Assembly (NCBI GenBank): GCA_000008885.1
Contig: BA000021.3
Span: forward strand, 390,001-422,000
Direction: 5' to 3'
Source: Wigglesworthia glossinidia endosymbiont of Glossina brevipalpis
GTDB lineage: Bacteria; Pseudomonadota; Gammaproteobacteria; Enterobacterales; Enterobacteriaceae
DNA length: 32,000 nucleotides
Shown: positions 19,881 to 31,812 of the stretch, piece after piece
Layout: each line of letters starts with the position of its first letter
How positions within the stretch are numbered: position 1 is the stretch's first letter
Translations under genes and position numbers: made by a program
Notes under the pieces: generated by a model
Databases searched by the model: none
What the model saw: the letters and a program-made list of their open reading frames with translations, nothing else
Told to the model about the DNA's origin: nothing

Positions 19881-20810
19881 ATGAAAAATATAAAATTAAA
19901 AAATATATTTTTTTTGTTTCTAATATCAGTAATTTACATCCAAAATGGATTTTCTAAAATTTACAATTTACCAAAAAATGGTGATAGATTAATTGGAAAA
20001 AATATATTTATTACAATTCCAGAAAACAATAAACTACCATTAGAATATTTTGCAGAAAAATTCCAAGTTGGATTAAGCAATTTGTTAGAAGCAAATCCAG
20101 GAATAGATGTATACCTTCCTTCTGGAGGAACTAAATTGGTTATTCCAAATAAATTAATATTACCAAAAAATTATAAAACTGGAATATTAATTAATATTGC
20201 AGAAATGAGACTTTTTTATTTTCCTAAAAATTTTGAAAAAGTAGTTGTACTTCCAGTTGGAATAGGAGAAATAGGAAAAGAAACTCCTAGCAAATGGAAA
20301 ACCTATGTAAAAAGAAAAAAATATGCTCCTACATGGACTCCTACAAAAGATATGCATAAAGAATATTCTTCTTTAGGAATAAAACTATTAAAAATTTATC
20401 CTTCTGGGAAGAATAACCCTATGGGTTTATATGCTTTATATTTAGAAGATTTATATGCTATTCATGGAACTAATACAAATTTTGGTATCGGATTAAGAGT
20501 TACTCATGGATGTATTAGATTAAGAAATGATGATATTAAATATTTATTTAACAATGTACCAGTAGGTACAGAAGTTTATTTTATAAACGAACCTGTAAAA
20601 GTAACTCATGAATCTGATGGTAATAAATACATAGAAGTTCATCAACCATTATCTGAAAATTTAAAAGAACTTAATTCTATATATCATTCTCCTATAGAAA
20701 TTTCTAAAAATATATATAATTTTATTATTGATAAAAATATAAATAAATTTTCTTTAACGCAAGCATTTCAAGAAAGATGCGGAATTCCTGTTAATCTTAC
20801 AAAAAACTAA
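19881..20810 (+). CDS. ldtE: L,D-transpeptidase of the YkuD/ErfK family, closest in text to YnhG (LdtE)
   Basis: 309 aa; signal-like N-terminus, [58 protein letters not shown] (HGT...SHGCxR active site). Confidence 0.85.
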   Translation: MKNIKLKNIFFLFLISVIYIQNGFSKIYNLPKNGDRLIGKNIFITIPENNKLPLEYFAEKFQVGLSNLLEANPGIDVYLPSGGTKLVIPNKLILPKNYKTGILINIAEMRLFYFPKNFEKVVVLPVGIGEIGKETPSKWKTYVKRKKYAPTWTPTKDMHKEYSSLGIKLLKIYPSGKNNPMGLYALYLEDLYAIHGTNTNFGIGLRVTHGCIRLRNDDIKYLFNNVPVGTEVYFINEPVKVTHESDGNKYIEVHQPLSENLKELNSIYHSPIEISKNIYNFIIDKNINKFSLTQAFQERCGIPVNLTKN

Positions 20811-22138
20811 AAATTTTTTAAATTATTATTACTATAAATAAATTGGTTCTTTATTTCCATTTTTCCATGAAATATAGCGTTTGATCCAAGTTCTTCTTCT
20901 ATTCTTATTAATCTATTATATTTAGCTGTTCTATCAGATCTACTCATTGATCCAGTTTTTATTTGACCAGATGAAGTTCCTACTGATAAATCAGCTATTG
21001 TAACATCTTCGGTTTCTCCTGATCTATGAGAAATAATTGTAGCATATCCATATTTTTTTGCAATTTTAATTACTTCTAAAGTTTCTGTAAGAGAACCAAT
21101 TTGGTTTGGTTTAATTAAAATAGAATTAGCAATACCTTTTTTTATCCCATATTTTAGAAATTTAGGATTAGTTGTAAATAAATCATCTCCAACTAATTGG
21201 ATCTTATTTCCTAAATAATTAGTCAGCATAGAAAAACCTTCCCAATCATTTTCGTGCAATCCATCTTCTATTGAAAGAATTGGATATTCTTCTGTAAGTT
21301 TTTTTAAAAAAAGTACAAATTCATAAGATGAAAAAAAATTATTTTCACTTTTTAAATAATAAGACTGAGTAGATTCTTCAAAAAATTCAGATGCTGCGCA
21401 GTCAATAGCAAAAGTTATGTCTCTTCCTATATGGTATTTTGATCTTTTTACTGCTTCTTTAATTAAAACAAAAGCATTTGAATTTGATTTTAAATTTGGA
21501 GAATATCCACCTTCATCCCCTATTGAAGTACTCATTCCTTTTTCATTTAAAATTTTACCTAAGTTATGAAATATCTCAGATCCCATTTGAATAGCTTGCT
21601 TTATGCTTTTTGCTCCAATTGGTTGTATCATGAATTCTTGAATATCAATATTATTATTAGTATGTTTTCCGCCATTAATTATATTAATCATAGGAAGAGG
21701 CATGGAAAAAATTCCAGGAGTGTTATTTATTTCTGATATGTGTTTATATAATGGAATATTTTTTATTTTAGACGCAGCCTTAGCGTTAGCTAAGGATACA
21801 GCTAAAATAGCATTCGCTCCTAAATTAGATTTATTTTTAGTTCCATCTAAGTTGATCATAATTTGATCTATATCTTTTTGTTTTTGTGCATTTTTTGATA
21901 TTAAAGATTTAGATATTTTGTTATTTATAGATTTTACTGCTTTTGTAACTCCTTCTCCTAAAAATCTTGAATTATCTCTATCACGAACTTCATGAGCTTC
22001 TCTAGATCCAATAGATATTCCAGAAGGAGATGATGCTCTTCCAATAATTCCTCCTAATAAATGGACTTCTGCTTCTACAGTAGGATACCCTCTAGAATCA
22101 ATTATCTCTCTACCAATTACTTTTATTATTTTTGACAT
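20807..22138 (-). CDS. eno: Enolase
   Basis: 443 aa; [67 protein letters not shown]. Metal-binding and catalytic residues appear retained. Confidence 0.96.
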
Positions 22139-22186
22139 ATTATTAATTTTTTATCAAAATAAAGTTTGTATTAACATAAAATATTA

Positions 22187-23860
<1,674 letters not shown>

Positions 23861-24109
23861 TTATTATAAGTATTATATACTGAGAATTTTTTTTTAAAAG
23901 TTGTTTAAGTTTAAATATAAATATTATATGTATAACTATTATATTTTTATATATAAAAATTTTATATTAAAAAAAATAAATAATGCTATATATATATGTT
24001 TTTCAATATAAAAATTTTTTAAATTTTTAATATAATTATATTAGATATAAAAATCTACAATATAAATTTTAACAAAAATTCATATAATTGTATTATTAAG
24101 GAGATTGTT

Positions 24110-24343
24110 ATGTTTAACAAAAAAATTATTTTTATTACAACATTTGGATTGTTTTTATTGTCAAGTTGTGCAAAAAATCCTAACATGAATAAAATTTCTT
24201 ATGATGTTCAAGATTTAAAATATAAGATTAATCAAATATCTAGCGATATAAATCATATTCAATCTGACGTTAATAAAGCAAAAGAAGAAGCTGAGCGTGC
24301 TAATAATAGAATGGATAATAATACTAGATATTATAGAAAATAA
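24110..24343 (+). CDS. lpp: Major outer membrane (Braun) lipoprotein, with lipobox and C-terminal lysine
   Basis: 77 aa; LLSSC lipobox, heptad-like SYDVQDLKYKINQISSDINHIQSDVNKAKEEAERANNRMDN, C-terminal YRK; strong RBS AAGGAGATTGTT-ATG. Confidence 0.95.
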   Translation: MFNKKIIFITTFGLFLLSSCAKNPNMNKISYDVQDLKYKINQISSDINHIQSDVNKAKEEAERANNRMDNNTRYYRK

Positions 24344-24376
24344 AAATTTTTATTAATTTAATATAAATTAAATGTA

Positions 24377-24811
24377 TTACAAAATTTTTTCTTTTATTAA
24401 TAAACATCTTGCTGATTTTTTAATAAATTTTGAAATTGAACTTAACCCCTGCACCCTAGATGGGGTTAAGTAATTTGTTAATGATAATTTATTAAAATAA
24501 GGTTTTACATCAAATGTCAATATTTCGGATAATTTTAAATCTTCGTGAAGAATAAAAATGATTGCTATTAATCCTTTCACAATTAAGGAATTGCTATCTC
24601 CATAAAATTTAATTTTTTTTGTATTTTCATATATTAAATATATCCATGAATCATTTTGACAACCTGGTATAAGATTTGAATTTTTTCTGAACTTTTCTGG
24701 AAATGGAGATAATTTATTTCCTAATTCTATGATATATAAATATTTTTCTTCCCAGTTTTCGCAACTAGAAAAATTTTTTATAAAATTAATTTTTTTTATA
24801 AATTTATTCAT
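24377..24811 (-). CDS. sufE: Cysteine desulfuration protein SufE
   Basis: 144 aa; LIPGCQNDSWI (active-site Cys), LSLTNYLTPSRVQGLSS; located next to sufS. Confidence 0.94.
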   Translation of the reverse strand: MNKFIKKINFIKNFSSCENWEEKYLYIIELGNKLSPFPEKFRKNSNLIPGCQNDSWIYLIYENTKKIKFYGDSNSLIVKGLIAIIFILHEDLKLSEILTFDVKPYFNKLSLTNYLTPSRVQGLSSISKFIKKSARCLLIKEKIL

Positions 24812-24828
24812 TTTGCAAAATGTTTAAA

Positions 24829-26061
24829 TTAATTAAATCTTCTTAAGAATTTTTGTACTTTTAATAAACTTTTTATAAAATTATCAATGTCTGATTCATC
24901 AGAATACATTGCAACTGATATTCTACACATGCTATGTACTTTAAAAAAATTCATAATCGGCATTGAGCAATGATGTCCAGTTCTTATTGCAACTCCATAT
25001 TTGTCTAGTAAAATTCCTACATCATAAGAATGACATCCTTTTAAATTAAAAGGAATAATACTAGTATTTATTTCAGAACTATAAATCTTGATATTAGGAA
25101 TATTTTTTATTTTTAATAAAGCATATTTTATTAGTTTTTTTTCATATTTTTGTATTTTTTTTATTCCTATTTTTTTTACATATTCAATAGATTTTCCCAA
25201 ACCAATTATTCCAGATATATTTGGAGATCCAGCTTCAAATCTCCATGGTATTTCGTTAAAAGTAGTTCCTGAAAATAAACATACTTTTTTAATCATACCT
25301 CCTCCTCCTTCCCATGGAGGCATTTTTTTTAATAGTTTTTTTTTTCCATACAATACTCCTATTCCTGATGGACCATAAATTTTATGTCCTGAAAATACAT
25401 AAAAATCACAATCAATTTTTTGCACATCTATTTTCATATGCATTATTGCTTGTGCTCCATCTATTAATACTTTGATATCATAATTATTTTTAATTTTTTT
25501 TATTATTTTTTCTATTAAATTACAAGTTCCTAATATATTAGATACATGTGTAATACAAAATATGCGAGTATTATTATTTATAATATCGTCTATTTTGCAA
25601 ATATCTAATTTTCCACTTGGAAGCAAAGGTATATATTTAATGTCTACTTTTTTTCTCATAGATAATAATTGCCATGGAACTATATTTGCATGATGTTCCA
25701 TTTGTGTTATTACTATATTATCTCCTTTTTTTATAAATGTTTCACCCCAAGTATTTGCAACTAAATTTATTCCTTCTGTTGTACCTTTCACAAAAATAAT
25801 TTCACTATCTGATTTTGCATTTATAAATTTTGCTATTTTGCTTCTTATATCTTCCATGTTTTTTGTAGCATTTTTGCTTAAAGTATGAATTCCTCTATGA
25901 ACAGCTGAATGCTCTTTGGATGAATAAATTATTTCACGTTGCAAAACGCATTTTGGTTTTTGTGAACTAGCTGCGTTATCAAGATAAATTAAAGGTGAAT
26001 TATTTATTTTTTCAGATAGAATAGGAAAGTCTGATCTGATTTCTTTAATAGGATAATTCAT
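24829..26061 (-). CDS. sufS: Cysteine desulfurase SufS
   Basis: 410 aa; YLDNAASSQKP, HSAVHRGIHTLS, DGAQAIMHMKIDVQKIDCDFYVFSGHKIYGPSGIGVLYG, RTGHHCSMP. Confidence 0.96.
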   Translation of the reverse strand: MNYPIKEIRSDFPILSEKINNSPLIYLDNAASSQKPKCVLQREIIYSSKEHSAVHRGIHTLSKNATKNMEDIRSKIAKFINAKSDSEIIFVKGTTEGINLVANTWGETFIKKGDNIVITQMEHHANIVPWQLLSMRKKVDIKYIPLLPSGKLDICKIDDIINNNTRIFCITHVSNILGTCNLIEKIIKKIKNNYDIKVLIDGAQAIMHMKIDVQKIDCDFYVFSGHKIYGPSGIGVLYGKKKLLKKMPPWEGGGGMIKKVCLFSGTTFNEIPWRFEAGSPNISGIIGLGKSIEYVKKIGIKKIQKYEKKLIKYALLKIKNIPNIKIYSSEINTSIIPFNLKGCHSYDVGILLDKYGVAIRTGHHCSMPIMNFFKVHSMCRISVAMYSDESDIDNFIKSLLKVQKFLRRFN

Positions 26062-27317
26062 ATTTTTATTTTCTCTAAAAATGAAAATATCATTTTATCT
26101 AATTTATTAAATAAAGAAGAACATGATATATTTTTTATTGTTTCTAAATAAAATGAACAAATAATTAATATTTTAGCATCTTTTTTTGAAATTCCACGCG
26201 AACGCAAATAGAATAAATATTCTGAATCTAAATAATTAGTAGTCGCTCCATGACTACATTTTACGTCATCTGTATATATTTCTAATTGTGGTTTTGTGAT
26301 TATAGAAGATTTTTCTCCAAGCAAAATGTTATTATTCTTCATATGTCCATCTGTTTTTACAGCATTTTTTTCAACTTTTATTTTTCCATGAAAAATCCCT
26401 TTAGAACGATCAGATAAAATAAATTTATGTAATTGTCTACTTTTGCAATTTTTATCTTTGTGTTCTACAAAAGTTTTTATATCAACAATTTGATTTTTTA
26501 TTGGAATAGATAAACTATTTATTAAAACATTTGAATTAGGCTTATTAAATCTTAAATTTATGTTTTGTTTGGATATATACCCTCCTAAATTAATAACATT
26601 ATTTGAAAAATTAGAATTTTTTTCTAAAAAAAAATCATCGTTAGAAAAATTATAGCTATTTATATTGTTTTGATTAATTTTTATAAAATCAACGAATGAG
26701 TTTTTTTTTATATGTATAGTAGTTCTTGAATTATTTAAGTATTTATAATTATCATTATTAATAAAATGCTCTATTATTTGACATTTAGAATTATTTCCTA
26801 TTTCAATATGATTTCTATTATTAATAAAAATAATTTTTTCTTTGTTTTCTAAAATTTTTCCAATATTTATTAAATAAAGAGGTTTAATTTCATTGATTTC
26901 TTTTTTTAAATATATATGTGTGATTTCTTCGCTTAAACTTTCCGAACAATGTAAAAAAAAATCTGATTTTATTTCTTTTGGCAATTTTTTTATATCTTTT
27001 TTAAATTTTCTAGTTATTTTCCAGTTACCAAAATCTTTATCACTTAATGTATTGCAAAAAAATCCATTAATAAATATTAATTTGTAACTTGATATATTTA
27101 ACAAATAATTTTTTAAATCTATATAATCTTTTGAAGAAATTCTTGGATAACAAATAATTTCATTAAAAAATTTTTCTATATTAATAAATTTAAAATATTT
27201 ATTTTTTTTATTTGTAAGTTTTAAATTTATTAATTTATTCCAATGATATTCAGAATGTTTAGAATTTTCTTTGTTTAAAAATATTTTTTTTAAAATTTTA
27301 ATAAAATTTTTGTTCAT
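26058..27317 (-). CDS. sufD: Fe-S cluster assembly protein SufD; likely start ATG at 27317, the ORF extends to 27353 inside sufC
   Basis: Syntenic between sufC and sufS; C-terminal DDVKCSHGATTNYLDSEYLFYLRSRGISKKDAKILI is the SufB/D signature. Confidence 0.92.
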   Translation of the reverse strand: MNKNFIKILKKIFLNKENSKHSEYHWNKLINLKLTNKKNKYFKFINIEKFFNEIICYPRISSKDYIDLKNYLLNISSYKLIFINGFFCNTLSDKDFGNWKITRKFKKDIKKLPKEIKSDFFLHCSESLSEEITHIYLKKEINEIKPLYLINIGKILENKEKIIFINNRNHIEIGNNSKCQIIEHFINNDNYKYLNNSRTTIHIKKNSFVDFIKINQNNINSYNFSNDDFFLEKNSNFSNNVINLGGYISKQNINLRFNKPNSNVLINSLSIPIKNQIVDIKTFVEHKDKNCKSRQLHKFILSDRSKGIFHGKIKVEKNAVKTDGHMKNNNILLGEKSSIITKPQLEIYTDDVKCSHGATTNYLDSEYLFYLRSRGISKKDAKILIICSFYLETIKNISCSSLFNKLDKMIFSFLEKIKI

Positions 27318-27318
27318 A

Positions 27319-28059
27319 TTATTTTTTAATCCATCCATATCCATGTTTTTCAAGTTGTTTTACTAAATCAAATTTTCCAGATTGTATAATATTGCCTTTA
27401 TGTAAAATATGAACGTAGTCAGGATTAATATAATTTAAAATCCTTTGATAATGAGTAATTATTATAAATGAACGTTTTTTGCTTTTTAATAAATTTATGC
27501 AATTTGTTATTTCTCTTAGGGAATCTATATCAAGACCAGAATCTATTTCATCTAATATACATAAATCTGGCTTTATCATCATCATTTGTAATATTTCATT
27601 GCGTTTTTTCTCCCCGCCTGAAAATCCTGTGTTTAAAGATCTATGAATTAAATTTTCTGGCATATTCAACAATGAAATATTTTTTTTAAAAATTTCAGAA
27701 AAATTAAACATATCTAAAGGTGGTTTATTTTTATATTTTCTAATTGCATTTACACTAGCATGTAAAAATCTTTTATTACTAATTCCTGGAATTTCTACAG
27801 GATATTGATATGCTATAAATATTCCATTTCCAGCTCTTTCTTCTGGATTTAATTGTGAAATATCTATTTTTTTAAAAAGTATTCTTCCAGAGCAAATTAT
27901 ACAGTTTTTTTTTCCAGCTAAAGTGTCAGACAAAGTGCTTTTTCCTGACCCATTAGGACCCATGATTGCATGAATTTCTCCTTTTTTAATTTCTAAATTT
28001 AAATTGTTTAAAATATTTTGATCTCCAATTTTTACTATTAAGTTTTCAATTAATAACAT
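27319..28059 (-). CDS. sufC: Fe-S cluster assembly ATPase SufC
   Basis: 246 aa; GPNGSGKSTLSDTLAG (Walker A), GFSGGEKKRNEILQM (ABC signature), LDEIDSGLDID (Walker B). Confidence 0.97.
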   Translation of the reverse strand: MLLIENLIVKIGDQNILNNLNLEIKKGEIHAIMGPNGSGKSTLSDTLAGKKNCIICSGRILFKKIDISQLNPEERAGNGIFIAYQYPVEIPGISNKRFLHASVNAIRKYKNKPPLDMFNFSEIFKKNISLLNMPENLIHRSLNTGFSGGEKKRNEILQMMMIKPDLCILDEIDSGLDIDSLREITNCINLLKSKKRSFIIITHYQRILNYINPDYVHILHKGNIIQSGKFDLVKQLEKHGYGWIKK

Positions 28060-28110
28060 GTTATTTCCTTAAGTAGGATAAATTTTTGTTTTGATAATTA
28101 AAAAAATAAA

Positions 28111-29577
28111 TCAACCTACGCTATTGTCTAAATTAATAGATAGAAGTTTTTGTGCTTCTATTGCAAATTCTAACGGTAATTTAGAAAATATTTCTTTACA
28201 AAATCCATTTACTATCATAGAAATTGCGTCTTCTACTTTAATTCCACGTTGTTGACAATAAAAAATTTGATTTTCTTCTATTTTAGAAGTTGTGGCTTCA
28301 TGCTCTATGTTAGATTTTTTATTAAATACTTCAATATATGGAAATGTATGAGCTCCGCAATTAGATCCTATCAACATAGAATCACATTGAGTAAAATTTC
28401 TTGAATTTTTAGCTAAAGGTAAAATTTTCACTAATCCACGATATGTGTTATTGCTTTTTCCAGAAGAAATTGTTTTAGAAATAATTGTTGATTTTGTATC
28501 TTTTCCTATATGAATCATTTTTGTTCCAGTATCTGCTTGTTGATAACTTTTTGTTAAAGCTATAGAAAAAAATTCTCCTACTGATTTATCTCCTTTAAGT
28601 ATTACGCTTGGATATTTCCAAGTAATTGCTGAACCTGTTTCTGATTGAGTCCAAGACATTTTTGATTCTTTCCCTTTGCATAAAGCTCTTTTAGTTACAA
28701 AATTTAGTATACCTCCTTTGTTTTTTTTGCCGGGAAACCAATTTTGAACTGTTGAGTATTTTACTCTAGCATTATTTAATAAAATAACTTCTACTACTGC
28801 AGCGTGTAATTGATAATTATTTCTTATAGGAGCTGAACATCCTTCAATATAGCTAATATAACTAAATTCATCTGCTATTAAAATAGTACGCTCAAATTGA
28901 TTTGTATTTGCAGAATTTATTCTGAAATATGTAGATAGTTCCATTGGACAACGAACTCCTTTAGGTACATATATAAACGTTCCATCTGATGCTACTGCAG
29001 AGTTTAAAGCTGCAAAAAAATTATCATTTACAGGTACAACAGAACCTAAATATTCTTTTACTAATTTTGGATATTTTTTAATAGCATCGCTAAAAGAACA
29101 GAAAATAATTCCAATTTTTTTTAAAAATTTTTGGTATGTAGTAGAAACAGATACGGAATCAAATATAGCATCTATAGCTATATTATTTTTTTCTGAGGTT
29201 GGAATTCCTAATTTGTTAAATGTATTTTTTACTTCTTTAGTAAGGTATTTTGTATTGTTATTATTTTTTTTTTCTTTTTTAAATTCGTTGCAATCAGGAG
29301 CAGAATAATAAATATATTTATTATAATCTATATTTTCAAATTTTCCATTAAGCCAATGTGGTTCTTTCATTTTTGTCCAAGCATCATAAGCTTTTAGTCT
29401 AAATCTTAACATCCATTCCGGCTCTTGTCTTTTTTCAGATATATCTTTAACAACTTTTTCGTTTATTCCATGTTCTAATTCTTCTGTTTTTAAGATTGTT
29501 GAAAATCCTTCCTTATAATCTGTGATTTCTGTATTATCTTTTATTTCATTTAAATTATTATTATTTTCTTTATTCAT
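28111..29577 (-). CDS. sufB: Fe-S cluster scaffold SufB; start reassigned to MNKENNN at 29577
   Basis: EPEWMLRFRLKAYDAW, YVPKGVRCPMELSTYFRIN, YIEGCSAPIR, SKMSWTQSETGSAITWKYPS, QADTGTKMIHIG. Confidence 0.97.
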   Translation of the reverse strand: MNKENNNNLNEIKDNTEITDYKEGFSTILKTEELEHGINEKVVKDISEKRQEPEWMLRFRLKAYDAWTKMKEPHWLNGKFENIDYNKYIYYSAPDCNEFKKEKKNNNNTKYLTKEVKNTFNKLGIPTSEKNNIAIDAIFDSVSVSTTYQKFLKKIGIIFCSFSDAIKKYPKLVKEYLGSVVPVNDNFFAALNSAVASDGTFIYVPKGVRCPMELSTYFRINSANTNQFERTILIADEFSYISYIEGCSAPIRNNYQLHAAVVEVILLNNARVKYSTVQNWFPGKKNKGGILNFVTKRALCKGKESKMSWTQSETGSAITWKYPSVILKGDKSVGEFFSIALTKSYQQADTGTKMIHIGKDTKSTIISKTISSGKSNNTYRGLVKILPLAKNSRNFTQCDSMLIGSNCGAHTFPYIEVFNKKSNIEHEATTSKIEENQIFYCQQRGIKVEDAISMIVNGFCKEIFSKLPLEFAIEAQKLLSINLDNSVG

Positions 29578-29959
29578 AAATATCTTCCATAGTATTAAAA
29601 CTCTTCCCACATCCACAAATATTTTTTGCATTAGGATTATTAAATTTAAACTTATAATTTAAACCTTGTTTGATATAATCTAATTCTATTTTATTAATAA
29701 ATGGCAAAATTTTTTTTGATGCACATAATTTTATTCCTTTAAATTCATAAATAAAATCATCTGAATTAAAATAATTTATCGTTGTAATTGAATAACTTAA
29801 TCCAGCGCATCCTGATTTATTTATGTTTAACCTAATACCTAAAATAGATGAGTTTTGTTTTATTAATTTTTTAATATGTTTTATGGCAGATTTGGTTGCA
29901 AAAAATCCCATCCAATTTTTATTTTCAATTTCTAAATTTTTAATTTTTTTATTTTTCAT
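29570..29959 (-). CDS. sufA: A-type Fe-S carrier SufA; the ORF extends to 30007, probable start MKNKKIKN at 29959
   Basis: GIRLNINKSGCAGLSY, NICGCGKSF give the three A-type carrier cysteines; heads the suf cluster. Confidence 0.92.
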   Translation of the reverse strand: MKNKKIKNLEIENKNWMGFFATKSAIKHIKKLIKQNSSILGIRLNINKSGCAGLSYSITTINYFNSDDFIYEFKGIKLCASKKILPFINKIELDYIKQGLNYKFKFNNPNAKNICGCGKSFNTMEDIYE

Positions 29960-30265
29960 ATAAAATTTTCTAAAATAAATCATTAAAATAATATTTTTAA
30001 CTTTCATTAGTATAATATTTTTATATTTTATTATATAAATATATATAAGATAAAATAATGTTAAAAATATTTTTTATTTAAATTAAATATTATATATATT
30101 AAAATTAATTTAATTAAATATATGTTGTATTAAAAATAATTTTTAAAATTTATTATTTTATATTAACATTAATTTTATTTTTTACATATAAAAATTTATA
30201 TTTTAAAAAACTAATTTATAATTTAAATTTATATAATTTAATAAATATCAACAGGAAACAAAATT

Positions 30266-31060
30266 ATGGGATTACTCAAAGGTAAAAAAATATTAATTAC
30301 TGGAATAGCTAACAAATATTCTATATCTTATGGAATTGCATGCGCAATGCATAGAGAAAAAGCAGATTTAGCATTTACCTATCAAAATGAAAAAATAAAA
30401 AAAAGAGTTGAAAAATTTGCCAAAGAAACTTTTTTTTCTGATTTAATTTTCCCTTGTAATGTTAATGAAGAGAAAAATATTTATGATTTGTTTGAAAAAT
30501 TAAAAAAAATATGGCCTAAATTTGATGGATTTGTTCATTCTATAGCCTATACTAATCCAGATCAATTATCAGGAAGATATCTTGACGTAATAAACAAAGA
30601 GGGATTTGAATGTTCTCAAAACATTAGTGCATATAGTTTTTCTTCTATGTCAAAGATAAGCAAGTCAATGCTGAATTCTGAATCAAGTTTAATTACAATA
30701 ACATATTTAGGATCAGAAAGAGTTGTCCCTTATTATAATACTATGGGAATAGCTAAAGCATCTTTAGAATCAAGTGTTAGATATATAGCTCATGATCTAG
30801 GATCAAAAAATATTAGAGTTAATGCAATTTCTGCTGCACCTATTAAAACACTATCTTCTTCTGGAATTAAAAATTTTAAAAAAATGCTTTATTTGTATGA
30901 AAACGTTTCTCCATTAAAATGTAAAATAGGTATTTCAGAAATAGGAAATGTTGCTGTTTTTTTATGTTCTAATTTATCATCTGGAATAACTGGTGAAATA
31001 ATTCATGTAGATAGAGGCTTTCATATTATGTCTGGATCTTTATATGATAGTAAAATTTAA
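30266..31060 (+). CDS. fabI: Enoyl-[acyl-carrier-protein] reductase (NADH)
   Basis: 264 aa; KKILITGIANKYSISYGIACAMHREKADLAFTYQN, WPKFDGFVHSIAY, ITYLGSERVVPYYNTMGIAKASLE; RBS aacaggaaac. Confidence 0.96.
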   Translation: MGLLKGKKILITGIANKYSISYGIACAMHREKADLAFTYQNEKIKKRVEKFAKETFFSDLIFPCNVNEEKNIYDLFEKLKKIWPKFDGFVHSIAYTNPDQLSGRYLDVINKEGFECSQNISAYSFSSMSKISKSMLNSESSLITITYLGSERVVPYYNTMGIAKASLESSVRYIAHDLGSKNIRVNAISAAPIKTLSSSGIKNFKKMLYLYENVSPLKCKIGISEIGNVAVFLCSNLSSGITGEIIHVDRGFHIMSGSLYDSKI

Positions 31061-31113
31061 AAAATTAAAATAATTTTTTTAAAAAAAATAAATTTTTTAT
31101 TTATTGGAAATTT

Positions 31114-31812
31114 CTAAATATTATTTAATTTTGATAAAATTTTTTCTAATAATAAATATGGGTTGCTTGATTTAGTAATAGGTCTACCAATCACTATATA
31201 ATTAGATCCAGATTTTATAGCGTCGTATGGATTCATTACTCTTTTTTGATCATTATAATTTGTATTTTTAAACCTTATTCCAGGAGTTACAATAATAAAA
31301 TTATTTCCAAATTTTTTTCTTACTTTTTCAGCTTCCCAAGGGGAGCATACAATACCATCTAATCCACATTTATAAGCGTTATTAGATAAATGAATTACAT
31401 GATTTATTATTTTTGTAAAAATTTTTGATTTGCTTAAATCTGATTTTTCCATGCTAGTAAGAACTGTAACTGCAATAAGTTTTGGAGGATTATTTATATG
31501 TGACAAAGCATCTTTAGCAGCAGTCATCATATTATATCCTCCACTAGCATGAACATTAACCATCCATATTCCAAATTTTGCTAGCGAAAATATTGTTTTT
31601 TTTATTGTATTAGGAATGTCGTAAAGCTTTAAATCTAAAAAAATTTTAAATCCATTTTTTTGTAAAAAGTTGATTAAAAAAAATCCTGAATTAATAAATA
31701 ATTCATGTCCAATTTTTAATTGGCATTGATCTGGGGAAATCTTTTTAGAAAAAGATATAGCTTTTTTTGGGTTAGAATAATCTAAAGCTACAATAATTGG
31801 AGATAGTTTCAT
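31114..31812 (-). CDS. pyrF: Orotidine 5'-phosphate decarboxylase
   Basis: 232 aa; PIIVALDYSN, FLDLKLYDIPNTIKKT, VNVHASGG, VTVLTSM, VIGRPIT. Confidence 0.95.
   Translation of the reverse strand: MKLSPIIVALDYSNPKKAISFSKKISPDQCQLKIGHELFINSGFFLINFLQKNGFKIFLDLKLYDIPNTIKKTIFSLAKFGIWMVNVHASGGYNMMTAAKDALSHINNPPKLIAVTVLTSMEKSDLSKSKIFTKIINHVIHLSNNAYKCGLDGIVCSPWEAEKVRKKFGNNFIIVTPGIRFKNTNYNDQKRVMNPYDAIKSGSNYIVIGRPITKSSNPYLLLEKILSKLNNI

Noticed and set aside
25088-27689. Plus-strand ORFs 25088..25378, 26893..27087 and 27468..27689
   Set aside because: Antisense to sufS, sufD and sufC respectively, with no motif support.
30008-30265. Possible RNA gene or regulatory element between sufA and fabI
   Set aside because: Very AT-rich with only generic TATAAT-like matches; no tRNA fold, hairpin or motif I can support beyond the ordinary need for divergent promoters.
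30540-30560. FabI has HSIAY where E. coli has HSIGF; position 93 changes can affect triclosan sensitivity
   Set aside because: Ala at this position is found in wild-type FabI of other bacteria, so it is not evidence of resistance or novelty.
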